A stretch of DNA of 64,000 nt, taken from the NCBI GenBank assembly GCA_038045945.1, contig JBBSXC010000004.1:1-64000 (forward strand). The letters are read 5' to 3'. Position 1 is the first letter of the stretch; every line of letters begins with the position of its first letter. The notes beneath the pieces are model-generated. The model did not search any database. It worked only from the letters and a program-made list of their open reading frames with translations, and was not told the origin of the DNA. This document shows positions 10,534 to 19,374 of the stretch, one piece after another. The position numbers were made by a program, and so were the translations under genes. This DNA comes from Nanobdellota archaeon. GTDB taxonomy: Archaea; Nanobdellota; Nanobdellia; Pacearchaeales; GW2011-AR1.

Positions 10534-10907
10534 TGTTTAGAGGAAAACAAGTAAGTGTAAGACTATCAGATGAAGCAGATACAGTTTATCAAGAGCTAAA
10601 TAAAATCACAGGCGAGGAAAGACTAAAGGGCATTGATAGCTCTTTTCATCAAACGTTGCTAAGATCAATAAACCGAGTTAGAGATTTATTAAAACAAAAC
10701 CCCTTTGCAGGAGACCAAGTACCAAAGAGAATAATTCCGACAAAGTATCATAAAAAATTTGATGCGGATAACGCATGGAGAATTGAATTAGCAGACAGAT
10801 GGAGACTAATCTACACCATAAGCGGAAATAACATTGAGATAATAACATTTATTATGGACATTTTCAATCATAAAGATTACGATAAAGTGTTTGGTTACAA
10901 ACACTAA
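10533..10907 (+). CDS. RelE/ParE-superfamily toxin-like protein
   Basis: LKQNPFAG..WRIELADRWRLIYTI..DIFNHKDYD pattern. Confidence 0.75.
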   Translation: MFRGKQVSVRLSDEADTVYQELNKITGEERLKGIDSSFHQTLLRSINRVRDLLKQNPFAGDQVPKRIIPTKYHKKFDADNAWRIELADRWRLIYTISGNNIEIITFIMDIFNHKDYDKVFGYKH

Positions 10908-10915
10908 GGGAAAAT

Positions 10916-11509
10916 ATGAAACAACAAAATAAAAAAACACCTCAATCAAACTCTTACTTAAAATACCGTTGGTTTTTTACTAGTAGCGGAAAATTAGTTA
11001 TTGGTGGTAAGAACTCTGAGCAGAATGAACACTTGATGAAAGAAATAATGGCTAGCGGCCTGGACTACATAATAATGCATACATCAACACCAGGGAGCCC
11101 TTTCACAATGATTGTTGATGAAGGACTAACAGATAAAGATTTACATGAACAAGCAGTGTTCACAGGATGTTTCTCACAAGAATGGAAGAAAAGAAAGAAA
11201 TCAACGAGTATTGACATATTTGATAGTAAACAGTTAACAAAGGGTAAGGGAATGAAGGAAGGAACTTTTGGCGTTTTAGGTAAAGTTAGCAGAAGAAACG
11301 TTGAACTAAAACTAGGAATAGAGACGCAAGAAGGAACAATAAGAGCAGTGCCTAACTCTAATAACGCATCAATAATTATTGAGCCAGGAATAATTGAGAA
11401 AGGAAAAGCAGCAAAAATTATTAAGGAAAGGTTAAAGAACTTAGGAATAGAAGCAGATAGAGAGGAAATAGAAAGAGCAATACCAAGCGGAGAATTCACA
11501 ATAAAATGA
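10916..11509 (+). CDS. NFACT RNA-binding (DUF814) domain protein
   Basis: YRWFFTSSGKLVIGGKNSEQNE..MHTSTPGSPF..FSQEWK..GTF. Confidence 0.88.
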   Translation: MKQQNKKTPQSNSYLKYRWFFTSSGKLVIGGKNSEQNEHLMKEIMASGLDYIIMHTSTPGSPFTMIVDEGLTDKDLHEQAVFTGCFSQEWKKRKKSTSIDIFDSKQLTKGKGMKEGTFGVLGKVSRRNVELKLGIETQEGTIRAVPNSNNASIIIEPGIIEKGKAAKIIKERLKNLGIEADREEIERAIPSGEFTIK

Positions 11510-11760
11510 GTTTAGGAATAACAACAGTACAATTAGGAAAGAATGGTTATAATGAGAAAAGTTTAGAAAACATAAAGTTTTTCTTCAAAACCAGGAAAGA
11601 CCTAAAAGTATCTGTGCTAAAAAACTATATTAGAGGACAAGAAGAACTAAAAGCACTAAAAGAAAAAATGTTAGCAGACCTAGGAATACACTACACAGCA
11701 AGAATCGTCGGATACTCAATATTTCTAAAGAAGTGGAAGAGAGAAATGAGAAAAGAGTAA
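11506..11760 (+). CDS. YhbY/CRM RNA-binding protein
   Basis: VQLGKNG..LKVSVLK..IVGYSIFL; conserved position upstream of eS19. Confidence 0.8.
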   Translation: MSLGITTVQLGKNGYNEKSLENIKFFFKTRKDLKVSVLKNYIRGQEELKALKEKMLADLGIHYTARIVGYSIFLKKWKREMRKE

Positions 11761-11791
11761 GCCTTAAATACCCTCATTTTATAGATAAAAA

Positions 11792-11846
11792 GTGGTTGAC
11801 GTTCATCGATAAGATGTTAACGGTCTATTGCTGAAAAGCAAGCCAT
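11792..11846 (+). promoter_or_regulatory. Putative structured 5' leader (three-way junction) of the eS19 operon
   Basis: TATA CTTAAATA ~23 nt upstream; GTGGTT/AGCCAT closing stem enclosing two hairpins; ATG at 11861. Confidence 0.5.
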
Positions 11847-11860
11847 TAAACAATAAAACA

Positions 11861-12310
11861 ATGGGAATACATGATGTTGACGCAAATGAATATAACAAGT
11901 TACTTAGCGAGAAGCTTAAGGAATTCCCAGAACTTGTAGCCCCAGAATGGATTCATTTCGTAAAGTCAAGCGTAGCAAGAGAAAGACCAATACTAGAAGT
12001 AGACTTCTGGCATAAGAGAGGAGCAGGAATACTTAGACAAATGTACGTTAGAGGAGTATTAGGAGTAAGTCGCCTGCGAACAAGGTATGGTGGAAGAAAA
12101 GACAGAGGACACCAAAGACCAGAATTTAGGAAAGCAAGTGGAAAAATAATCAGGTTATTATTACAACAATTAGAAGCAGCAGGACTTCTAAAAAAGGTTA
12201 AAGGAAAAAGAAGCGGAAGAAGCCTAACAACTAAAGGAAAGGAACTAGTTGAAAAGACAGGAACAACGCATTCCGCACACTCAAAGAAATCTAAGGAGGC
12301 CAGCGAATAA
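11861..12310 (+). CDS. rps19e: 30S ribosomal protein eS19
   Basis: PEWIHFVKS..ERP..FWHKRGAGILR..GVSRLRTRYGG..SGKIIRLLLQQLE; start at MGIHDV. Confidence 0.97.
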   Translation: MGIHDVDANEYNKLLSEKLKEFPELVAPEWIHFVKSSVARERPILEVDFWHKRGAGILRQMYVRGVLGVSRLRTRYGGRKDRGHQRPEFRKASGKIIRLLLQQLEAAGLLKKVKGKRSGRSLTTKGKELVEKTGTTHSAHSKKSKEASE

Positions 12311-12513
12311 TGGCTATTAGAAGAACAAGAAAGAAAATAGTATTAGGAGTTCACGGCAGAAGAACAAAATGGGCACCAGTATGGGCAGTTCTAAAAAAAC
12401 ACGGAAAAGGAATGCGAGTACACCCATCAGCAATGACTCGTCTAAGAAGAAGTTGGAGAGGAACAAAACTAAAAATTAAACCAAGAAACACAGCAAAATC
12501 ACACTTAGGATAA
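12310..12513 (+). CDS. rpl39e: 50S ribosomal protein eL39, extended
   Basis: APVWAVLK..RRSWRGTKLK; located between eS19 and eL31. Confidence 0.9.
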   Translation: MAIRRTRKKIVLGVHGRRTKWAPVWAVLKKHGKGMRVHPSAMTRLRRSWRGTKLKIKPRNTAKSHLG

Positions 12514-12517
12514 AAAT

Positions 12518-13117
12518 ATGGCAAAAGAAAGTAAAGAAAACAAAGTAATGCTTGAAAGAGAATACGTAATACCTATAAAGAGAAAGCTAAGACATACACC
12601 AGACTACAAAAAAGCAAGAAAAGCAGTAAAGGTAGTATTAGAATTCGTAGCAAAACACATGAGAGTTGAAGACAGAGACGTAAGAAAAGTTAAGATGGAC
12701 AAATTAGTAAATCACGAATTATGGTTTAGAGGAATAGCAAACCCACCAAACAAGATGAAAGTGAAAGTAAAAAAGATGAGTGACGGAATAGTACACGTAG
12801 AATTATTCGAAATACCACAAGTGCTAAAATTCAAGATTGAACAAGAAAGAAAACATCACGCACTAGCACAAAAAGAAGTAAAAACAACAAAGAAACAAGA
12901 CAAAGAACATGAAGGACACGACCACTCAAAAGAAGGTCATGATCACTCACACGCTAACGAAAAGAAAGAAGAAACTAAAGAAAAACAAGCTTCTACTATA
13001 GAAGCAGGACTGCTAAAACAAGCACAAGAAGCAAAGTCGCGAAAACACCAAGTAATGCCAAAAACCAATCAGAGAGACCAACCAGTGCAAAGAAACATAC
13101 CTAAGAGCACAAATTAA
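12518..13117 (+). CDS. rpl31e: 50S ribosomal protein eL31 with a long C-terminal extension
   Basis: EREYVIPI..KARKAVK..FVAKHM..NHELWFRGIANPP. Confidence 0.95.
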   Translation: MAKESKENKVMLEREYVIPIKRKLRHTPDYKKARKAVKVVLEFVAKHMRVEDRDVRKVKMDKLVNHELWFRGIANPPNKMKVKVKKMSDGIVHVELFEIPQVLKFKIEQERKHHALAQKEVKTTKKQDKEHEGHDHSKEGHDHSHANEKKEETKEKQASTIEAGLLKQAQEAKSRKHQVMPKTNQRDQPVQRNIPKSTN

Positions 13118-13368
13118 TGACAAATATCAGTTCTGAAGAAAACAAAATCTTATACTTTATCTTTATTGGAAGAAACAGTTTAGAAAAACTTTTAGAAACA
13201 TTCAAAGATGAAAAGAAGCTTTTAGAAACAATTAATTCTTTAGAAAAGAAAGGAATGATTAAGATAAGTTTACGAGAAGGAAAAATTTATGGAGTTATAG
13301 AAACAACCAAAGGTTACCAGACTGTTAAAAAAGCCGGATTTGAAGACTGGAATGTTGGTAACAAATAA
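13117..13368 (+). CDS. Small winged-helix protein
   Basis: INSLEKKGMI..TTKG pattern; coupled to eL31. Confidence 0.65.
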   Translation: MTNISSEENKILYFIFIGRNSLEKLLETFKDEKKLLETINSLEKKGMIKISLREGKIYGVIETTKGYQTVKKAGFEDWNVGNK

Positions 13369-13411
13369 TTAAGATCTTAAGACAAAAATAAAAATAAAAA
13401 AATTATTTTAT

Positions 13412-13555
13412 TTACCAATCACCGTCATCATCGTCACTTTCTTCATCTTCGTCCCCTTCTTCCCAATCATCACTTTCAGACTCAACGCTTGCAGACTTAG
13501 GGCTTTCTTCGGAATCATCATCCGTTTCTTCTGTGGCTTTTTTCTTTACTGGCAT
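13412..13555 (-). CDS. Highly acidic 47-aa microprotein (not in the ORF track)
   Basis: MPVKKKATEETDDDSEESPKSASVESESDDWEEGDEDEESDDDDGDW*; SD GGAGGT 8 nt upstream, AAGGTTTAAATA promoter, T-rich tract downstream. Confidence 0.8.
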   Translation of the reverse strand: MPVKKKATEETDDDSEESPKSASVESESDDWEEGDEDEESDDDDGDW

Positions 13556-13678
13556 TAAATTATACCTCCAATTTTTTAATTACTTTCTTCTTAACAAATT
13601 AGTATTTAAACCTTACTAAAAACAAAAAGTGGACTTGTAATCCACAAGCTTTTAATGCTTAAAACATTAATAATTTTT

Positions 13679-14725
13679 ATGAAAAGAGTGATAATTATTG
13701 GTGGCGGATTCGCTGGTGCTAGAATAGCTAACAGTTTACAAGGACACTTTAGCGTTGCACTAATAGACACAAAAAACTTTTTTGAGTTCACCCCAGGAAT
13801 AACAAGAACTCTTGTCCAGCCCTCTTATAGAAGATTTATTGAGATCCACCATAGAAAATACTTAAAAAAAGCTAGTTTTCGTCATGATTCAGTAATAGGC
13901 ATTGACAAACAATTCGTTTACACAGGTAAAGGAGAAAAAATACTTTATGATTACACAATCATTGCTTCAGGTTCTCGTTACAACATGCCGTTCAAAGGAG
14001 AAAACATATTCTTAGCTGATAGAGCTAAAGACTTGGTAGACTCGCATAAAAGAATTCACAAATCTAAAAGAATATTGGTTGTTGGAGGAGGACTGGTAGG
14101 CGTGGAGATAGCAGCAGAAATAGTTAGTAAGTACAAAAACAAAAAAGTAACGCTTATACAAGCAGATGATAGAATCATTCCAAGAAACAGTTCTAAATCT
14201 GCTGATTACTGTAAAAAATACTTAACTGATAGAGGAGTAAAAATTATTTTAGGCCAAAAAGTTGTGGCTTTCAAAAAAAACTTGGTCGTAACTGACAAAA
14301 AAACAATGATTAAAGCAGACATGACACTAATATGCACAGGAATTAAGCCTAACTCAGAATTCTTAAAAAAACATTTCAGCAAGAACTTAGACGAAAAAGA
14401 ACACGTAATTGTTAATGATAAACTACAAGCTTGCGGCTTAACTAACGTTTTCGCTGTTGGTGACATTAATAACGTAATGGAAGAAAAAACTGCTCAAGCT
14501 GCAGAAAAACAATCAAAAATAGTTATTAAGAACCTTAAAAACTTAGAAAAAAACAAAGAATTATTATCCTACCACCCAAAAAAGAAAGCAGTAGTTATTA
14601 GCCTTGGTAAATGGGATGGAATTTTAGAATGGAAAAACTTTGTTATGACAGGCAAGATTCCAGCACTCCTAAAGTGGCTTATCCAAATAAAAACCATGCT
14701 CAGGTACAGAATAAGAGCAAGTTAA
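13679..14725 (+). CDS. FAD/NAD(P)H-dependent oxidoreductase (NDH-2/AMID-like)
   Basis: GGGFAG, GGGLVGVEIAAE, CTG and FAVGD motifs. Confidence 0.9.
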   Translation: MKRVIIIGGGFAGARIANSLQGHFSVALIDTKNFFEFTPGITRTLVQPSYRRFIEIHHRKYLKKASFRHDSVIGIDKQFVYTGKGEKILYDYTIIASGSRYNMPFKGENIFLADRAKDLVDSHKRIHKSKRILVVGGGLVGVEIAAEIVSKYKNKKVTLIQADDRIIPRNSSKSADYCKKYLTDRGVKIILGQKVVAFKKNLVVTDKKTMIKADMTLICTGIKPNSEFLKKHFSKNLDEKEHVIVNDKLQACGLTNVFAVGDINNVMEEKTAQAAEKQSKIVIKNLKNLEKNKELLSYHPKKKAVVISLGKWDGILEWKNFVMTGKIPALLKWLIQIKTMLRYRIRAS

Positions 14726-14757
14726 GGTTTAAAACATTAATAGATTTGGTTTGATTA

Positions 14758-15645
14758 ATGAAACTTGATATAACTAAGATCCAAAAAGATAAGCCTATTA
14801 CTGAACTTATTAATTTTGGTATTATTAATATTGATAAGCCTAGCGGACCTACTAGTTTTTGGGTTGATAATTATGTTAGGAAGGCGCTAGGGCTTACTAA
14901 AGTTAGTCATGCTGGAACACTCGACCCTAAAGTTACAGGGGTGCTTCCATTAATGCTTGGTAGAACATGTAAACTTTTAGGATACTTCATGGGCCACAAT
15001 AAGACTTATGTTGGTGTTATGAGACTTCATGCAGATGGAGTAACGGAAGAACGACTTGATGAAGAGATTAAGAAGTTTTTGGGAGTGATAAACCAGATGC
15101 CACCAGTAAAGTCCCGTGTTAAAAGACAACTAAGAGAAAGAGAAATAGTCTGCTTCAAAGTTCTAGAAAGAAAAGACAAAGACATTCTTTTTGAGACTGA
15201 AGTTCAAGCAGGAACTTATATCAGAAAGCTCTGTGATGACATGGGAGTTAATCTGGGAGGTGCACACATGCTAGAGCTTAGAAGAACTAAAGCCAGCATT
15301 TTTGAAGAAGGAGAAAAAAACAATAACCTAAAGGCCACAAGTAAAATTTTTACTCTTTACCAGTTTGATGAAGCAGTTAAAGAATGGAAAGAAAAAAATA
15401 ACGATAAACTTCTAAGAGCAATGATTACCCCAGGAGAAGTCATCACACAAGTTTTACCAACAGTTTTTGCTAAGAACGAATACCAAAAACAACTTAGAAC
15501 AGGTAAAAGACTTAACAACGAAATGGTCGTCAGCGGCAAATGGGATAAAGAAGAAGTATTCTGCGCTTTCATAAAAGAATCATTCCTAGGAATATACGAA
15601 GGACAAAGCAAAGAAGAAGCAAGAGCAAGATTCGTATGGAATTAA
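14758..15645 (+). CDS. cbf5: Pseudouridine synthase Cbf5/TruB
   Basis: IDKPSGPTS, HAGTLDPKVTG, QMPPVKS, AGTYIRKLC and ELRR motifs. Confidence 0.95.
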   Translation: MKLDITKIQKDKPITELINFGIINIDKPSGPTSFWVDNYVRKALGLTKVSHAGTLDPKVTGVLPLMLGRTCKLLGYFMGHNKTYVGVMRLHADGVTEERLDEEIKKFLGVINQMPPVKSRVKRQLREREIVCFKVLERKDKDILFETEVQAGTYIRKLCDDMGVNLGGAHMLELRRTKASIFEEGEKNNNLKATSKIFTLYQFDEAVKEWKEKNNDKLLRAMITPGEVITQVLPTVFAKNEYQKQLRTGKRLNNEMVVSGKWDKEEVFCAFIKESFLGIYEGQSKEEARARFVWN

Positions 15646-16299
15646 CTATGGCGTATTCGAGCATTGTAAACAATATCCCTTGTCCATACCTTCAGAGGTG
15701 TATATCTTATTACATTTCTGACACGATTTGACTATATAAACTGAACCTGAATAAGGGGTAGAAGAAATATATGCCCCATTTAGAAAATCTTGTTGGGCAC
15801 CACTAATGACAGGAGAACCACTTAGAGAGTTAATGAAAGTCCCATTCCGAACTATATTAGGTGTAATCTTTTTAATTTCTTTCTCCTTTAAATCGTATAT
15901 TTGTTTATTTTTCTCCTCAATCTCCTCAGTCAACTTAATAATTTTACTTTTAATAATGTCATATTCTTTATTTTTATTATCATTTATTACTTTTAACTCA
16001 TTTTCTTCTTTAAACTTTTGGACCTCTAATCTTTTTAATTCTAAATCTTTAAGTGTTATATCTTTACGAATATCAAACATTGCTTTTCTTTCTTTTTCTC
16101 TGTTTCTCCAAAGATTTTCTCCATAAATTAAAGAGACAGTTCCAAGCCCTACAAGAAAAAGTAGGAATGTCAGTTTTAATCTAGGAATATCACTAAAAAT
16201 AAAGCTATACTGATAGAGCGGATAAGCACCCAAAGATAACAGAATAATACCAGCAGAGATATAAAATGTGTGAGGATGAGAATATTTTAGATTTAACAT
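15646..16299 (-). CDS. Hypothetical protein: two TMs, coiled coil, C-terminal Zn ribbon
   Basis: Start reassigned to MLNLKY (TATA ~25 nt upstream); CQKC..CLQC at the C-terminus. Confidence 0.7.
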   Translation of the reverse strand: MLNLKYSHPHTFYISAGIILLSLGAYPLYQYSFIFSDIPRLKLTFLLFLVGLGTVSLIYGENLWRNREKERKAMFDIRKDITLKDLELKRLEVQKFKEENELKVINDNKNKEYDIIKSKIIKLTEEIEEKNKQIYDLKEKEIKKITPNIVRNGTFINSLSGSPVISGAQQDFLNGAYISSTPYSGSVYIVKSCQKCNKIYTSEGMDKGYCLQCSNTP

Positions 16300-16386
16300 A
16301 GCTTTATTTGTAAGATAAGACAATTTATAAATATGTGGAGTTGCACCAACCCCAATCTTTAAATGGCTAAATAATGTCTTATTTTT

Positions 16387-17001
16387 ATGCGAGAATTCGT
16401 TTATTATTCTGGTAAAGCTAGAACAACAGGAAACTTTGACGTACATGACTTAATGAAAGCAGGAAGAATGGACATAGCATGCCACGTAGTTGTTGGAACC
16501 TTTTTCTTATCTCATAGAATAAGAGAGGATGCAAAACTGCACTTAGTATTTTACGGGATGCCAGACCCACCAAAACACATAGAAATGCAACCAACAAAAG
16601 CATTACCAAGAGGAGAAGGAGACAACGAAGGAAGAATAGACATAAGCAAAAAAGACGTAGCGGGGCTCATTAGAAGAATACTATTCAAGTACAAACCAGG
16701 ACAAAAAACAGAAGCATACCCAGGGTACAGCATAGAAAAAAAGAGTTTGCTAAAAGTAGTTGATGAGTTAATGAAAGAAGGAAAAACAGTATACGTACTA
16801 GACAAAGACGGAGAAGACATCAGAACAGCAAAAATAGACAAAGATTGCGTATTCGTACTAGGAGACCATGATGGCTTACCAATAAAAGAGCTAAAAAGGC
16901 TTAAAAAGCTCACAGTACCAATAACTATAGGCGACCGAATGTACTTCGCAAGCCAAGTAGTAGCAGTAGTAAACAACGAACTAGACAGAAGAGGAATATA
17001 A
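16387..17001 (+). CDS. trmY: tRNA (pseudouridine54-N1)-methyltransferase (SPOUT)
   Basis: MREF..AGRMDIAC..FFLSHRIRED..FVLGDHDG..NELDRR. Confidence 0.92.
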   Translation: MREFVYYSGKARTTGNFDVHDLMKAGRMDIACHVVVGTFFLSHRIREDAKLHLVFYGMPDPPKHIEMQPTKALPRGEGDNEGRIDISKKDVAGLIRRILFKYKPGQKTEAYPGYSIEKKSLLKVVDELMKEGKTVYVLDKDGEDIRTAKIDKDCVFVLGDHDGLPIKELKRLKKLTVPITIGDRMYFASQVVAVVNNELDRRGI

Positions 17002-17007
17002 AAAAAA

Positions 17008-17283
17008 ATGAAAAAATCTTACAAAATGTACATTACAGGAACAGTTCAAGGAGTATTCTTCAGAGACTTCGTAAAAGAAGAAGCAAAAAAGTTAGGACTT
17101 AAAGGCTATGTAAGAAACCTAGAAGACGGAAGACTAGAAATATGGTTTGAAGGAGACGGGAAAAAAACAGAAGAAATGATAGAAGTATGCAAAACAGGAC
17201 CAAAACACGCAAGCATAAGAAGAGTAGACGTACAAGAAGAATCATACCAAGACTTCAAAGAATTCAAAGCATTAACAATATAA
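17008..17283 (+). CDS. acyP: Acylphosphatase
   Basis: GTVQGVFFR..GYVRNLEDGRLE..GP. Confidence 0.96.
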   Translation: MKKSYKMYITGTVQGVFFRDFVKEEAKKLGLKGYVRNLEDGRLEIWFEGDGKKTEEMIEVCKTGPKHASIRRVDVQEESYQDFKEFKALTI

Positions 17284-17293
17284 AAAATAAACA

Positions 17294-18862
17294 ATGGGAC
17301 GAGAAGAACAAATAATTAATGAACGAATAAAAAAGATAGCGGAGATGAGAAAAACAAAGATTAATCCGTACCCTTATAGTTACGAAAGAACACACACAGC
17401 AGCAAAAATAGGAGAAGAATTCTCAAACCTAAAAAACGAAGAAAAATCCAAAGAGACTGTAAAGATTGCTGGAAGAATAATGGTTGTTAGAGACATAGGA
17501 AAAATAGTATTCGCACAAATACAAGAATCAAGCGGAAAAATACAAGTAGTACTTCAAGAAGGAGAAACACCCGAAAAAGAACTAGAAAAATTCAAAAAAT
17601 ACTTAGACTCAGGAGACTTCGTAGGAATAGAAGGACAACCAGTAAGAACAAAGAGAGGAGAATTATCAGTAATGGCAAAAAAAGTAGAAGTATTAACAAA
17701 ATCATTACTACCACTACCAGAAAAGTTTTCAGGCTTACAAGACAAAGAAGAAAGATACAGAAAAAGATACTTAGACTTACTAATAAATCCGGAAGTAAAA
17801 AAAGTTTTTGAGAAAAGAGAAAAAATTATTGATGAAATAAGACTATTTCTAAAAACAAGAGGATTTAACGAAGTTGATACACCATACTTACAAACAGTAT
17901 ACGGAGGAGCAAGTGCAAGACCATTCATAACACACCTAAACGCACTAAACATACCACTATTCTTAGCAATATCACCAGAATTATATCTAAAAAGGCTAAT
18001 AGTTGGAGGATACGACAGAGTATTCACAATAGCAAGAAACTTCAGAAACGAAGGAATAGACAAATCACACAACCCAGAATTCTCAATGATGGAAATATAC
18101 CAAGCATACGCAGACTACGAGACAATGATGAAACTAACAGAAGACTTATTCGATCACGTAGCAAGAAAAGTAAACGGCAGCACAAAAATAAAGATTGGAG
18201 AAAAAGAAGTTGACTTCAAAAAACCATGGGCAAGAATGACAATGCTAGAAGCAATAAAAAAATACGCAAAAATAGACGCAAACAAAATGAGCTGGGAAGA
18301 ACTAGAAAAGTTCATGAAAAAAAATAATGTAGAAGAAAAAGGATCATCATGGGGACTAAGAGTACAAGCAATATTCGAACACTTCTGCGAAAAAGAACTA
18401 ATACAACCAACATTCATAACAGACCACCCAATAGAAACAACACCACTATGTAAAAGCCACAGAAGCGGAGACGAAAGACTAATAGAAAGATTCGAACCAT
18501 TCTGCATGGGAATGGAACTAGCAAACGCATACTCAGAACTAAACGACCCAGTACAACAAAGAAGACTACTAGAAGAACAACAAGGACTATTATCAAACGG
18601 AAACGAAGAAGCAAGCCCATTTGATGAAGACTTCGTAAACGCAATAGAAGTAGGAATGCCACCAACAGGAGGACTAGGAATAGGAATAGACAGAATGGTA
18701 ATACTACTAACAGAACAAGAATCAATAAGAGACGTGATACTATTCCCACTAATGAAACCAGAGGGAAATAAAACAAAAACAGAAGAAAATAATGAAAAAG
18801 AAGAAAAAGTTAATGAACAAAATTCTAAAAAACCAAAAAAGGAGGTTTTAAGAAAAAAATGA
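17294..18862 (+). CDS. lysS: Lysine--tRNA ligase, class II
   Basis: OB-fold N-terminus, RYRKRYLDL, GGASARPF, FRNEG..HNPEF and GMPPTGGLGIGIDR. Confidence 0.98.
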   Translation: MGREEQIINERIKKIAEMRKTKINPYPYSYERTHTAAKIGEEFSNLKNEEKSKETVKIAGRIMVVRDIGKIVFAQIQESSGKIQVVLQEGETPEKELEKFKKYLDSGDFVGIEGQPVRTKRGELSVMAKKVEVLTKSLLPLPEKFSGLQDKEERYRKRYLDLLINPEVKKVFEKREKIIDEIRLFLKTRGFNEVDTPYLQTVYGGASARPFITHLNALNIPLFLAISPELYLKRLIVGGYDRVFTIARNFRNEGIDKSHNPEFSMMEIYQAYADYETMMKLTEDLFDHVARKVNGSTKIKIGEKEVDFKKPWARMTMLEAIKKYAKIDANKMSWEELEKFMKKNNVEEKGSSWGLRVQAIFEHFCEKELIQPTFITDHPIETTPLCKSHRSGDERLIERFEPFCMGMELANAYSELNDPVQQRRLLEEQQGLLSNGNEEASPFDEDFVNAIEVGMPPTGGLGIGIDRMVILLTEQESIRDVILFPLMKPEGNKTKTEENNEKEEKVNEQNSKKPKKEVLRKK

Positions 18863-19047
18863 CAGAAGAAAAGATTAAGGGTGATGCAAGCTTAGTGATA
18901 AAGAGTAACATAAGATTAGCTGTAGAGCTAAGTGTAGCTGAAGAAGTAGAACCAGCACTTAACAGATTAATAAACGATACTTTAAGGAAAGCAGAAGAAA
19001 GAGCAAGAGCAAACGGCAGACGTACAATACAAGCAAGAGACTTATAA
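18859..19047 (+). CDS. Minimal histone-fold protein with truncated alpha3
   Basis: KAEERARANGRRTIQARDL terminus (histone L2 R-x-T...D motif); SD GGAGGT upstream. Confidence 0.8.
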   Translation: MTEEKIKGDASLVIKSNIRLAVELSVAEEVEPALNRLINDTLRKAEERARANGRRTIQARDL

Positions 19048-19133
19048 ACAAATAAAAACCTAAAGTTTTTTGGGAAGACTAAAGCGAGAAATATCAGTAT
19101 AATAATCAAAAATAAAGGAGGAATTAAGATAAA

Positions 19134-19343
19134 ATGGCAAAAAAAGTAGTTAGCAAAACAAACAACTGGAGTAATGCATGTTGTAATTGTAACTGGTTAT
19201 TCTCACTAATAATAATCGTATTAGTATGGATACCTAGTATAGTAGCAGCACAAATGTGGGTAAAGATAGTATTAAGCATACTAGCAATACTATTAGGAAG
19301 TAGCAGAGGAACGTGCGGCTTACACAGAATGAAAGAAAAGTAA
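19134..19343 (+). CDS. Small two-TM protein with a Cys cluster
   Basis: SD GGAGG; CCNC, two hydrophobic helices and a further Cys. Confidence 0.7.
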   Translation: MAKKVVSKTNNWSNACCNCNWLFSLIIIVLVWIPSIVAAQMWVKIVLSILAILLGSSRGTCGLHRMKEK

Positions 19344-19374
19344 TAAAAAAGGAAACAAATTTTTTATTTTATTT

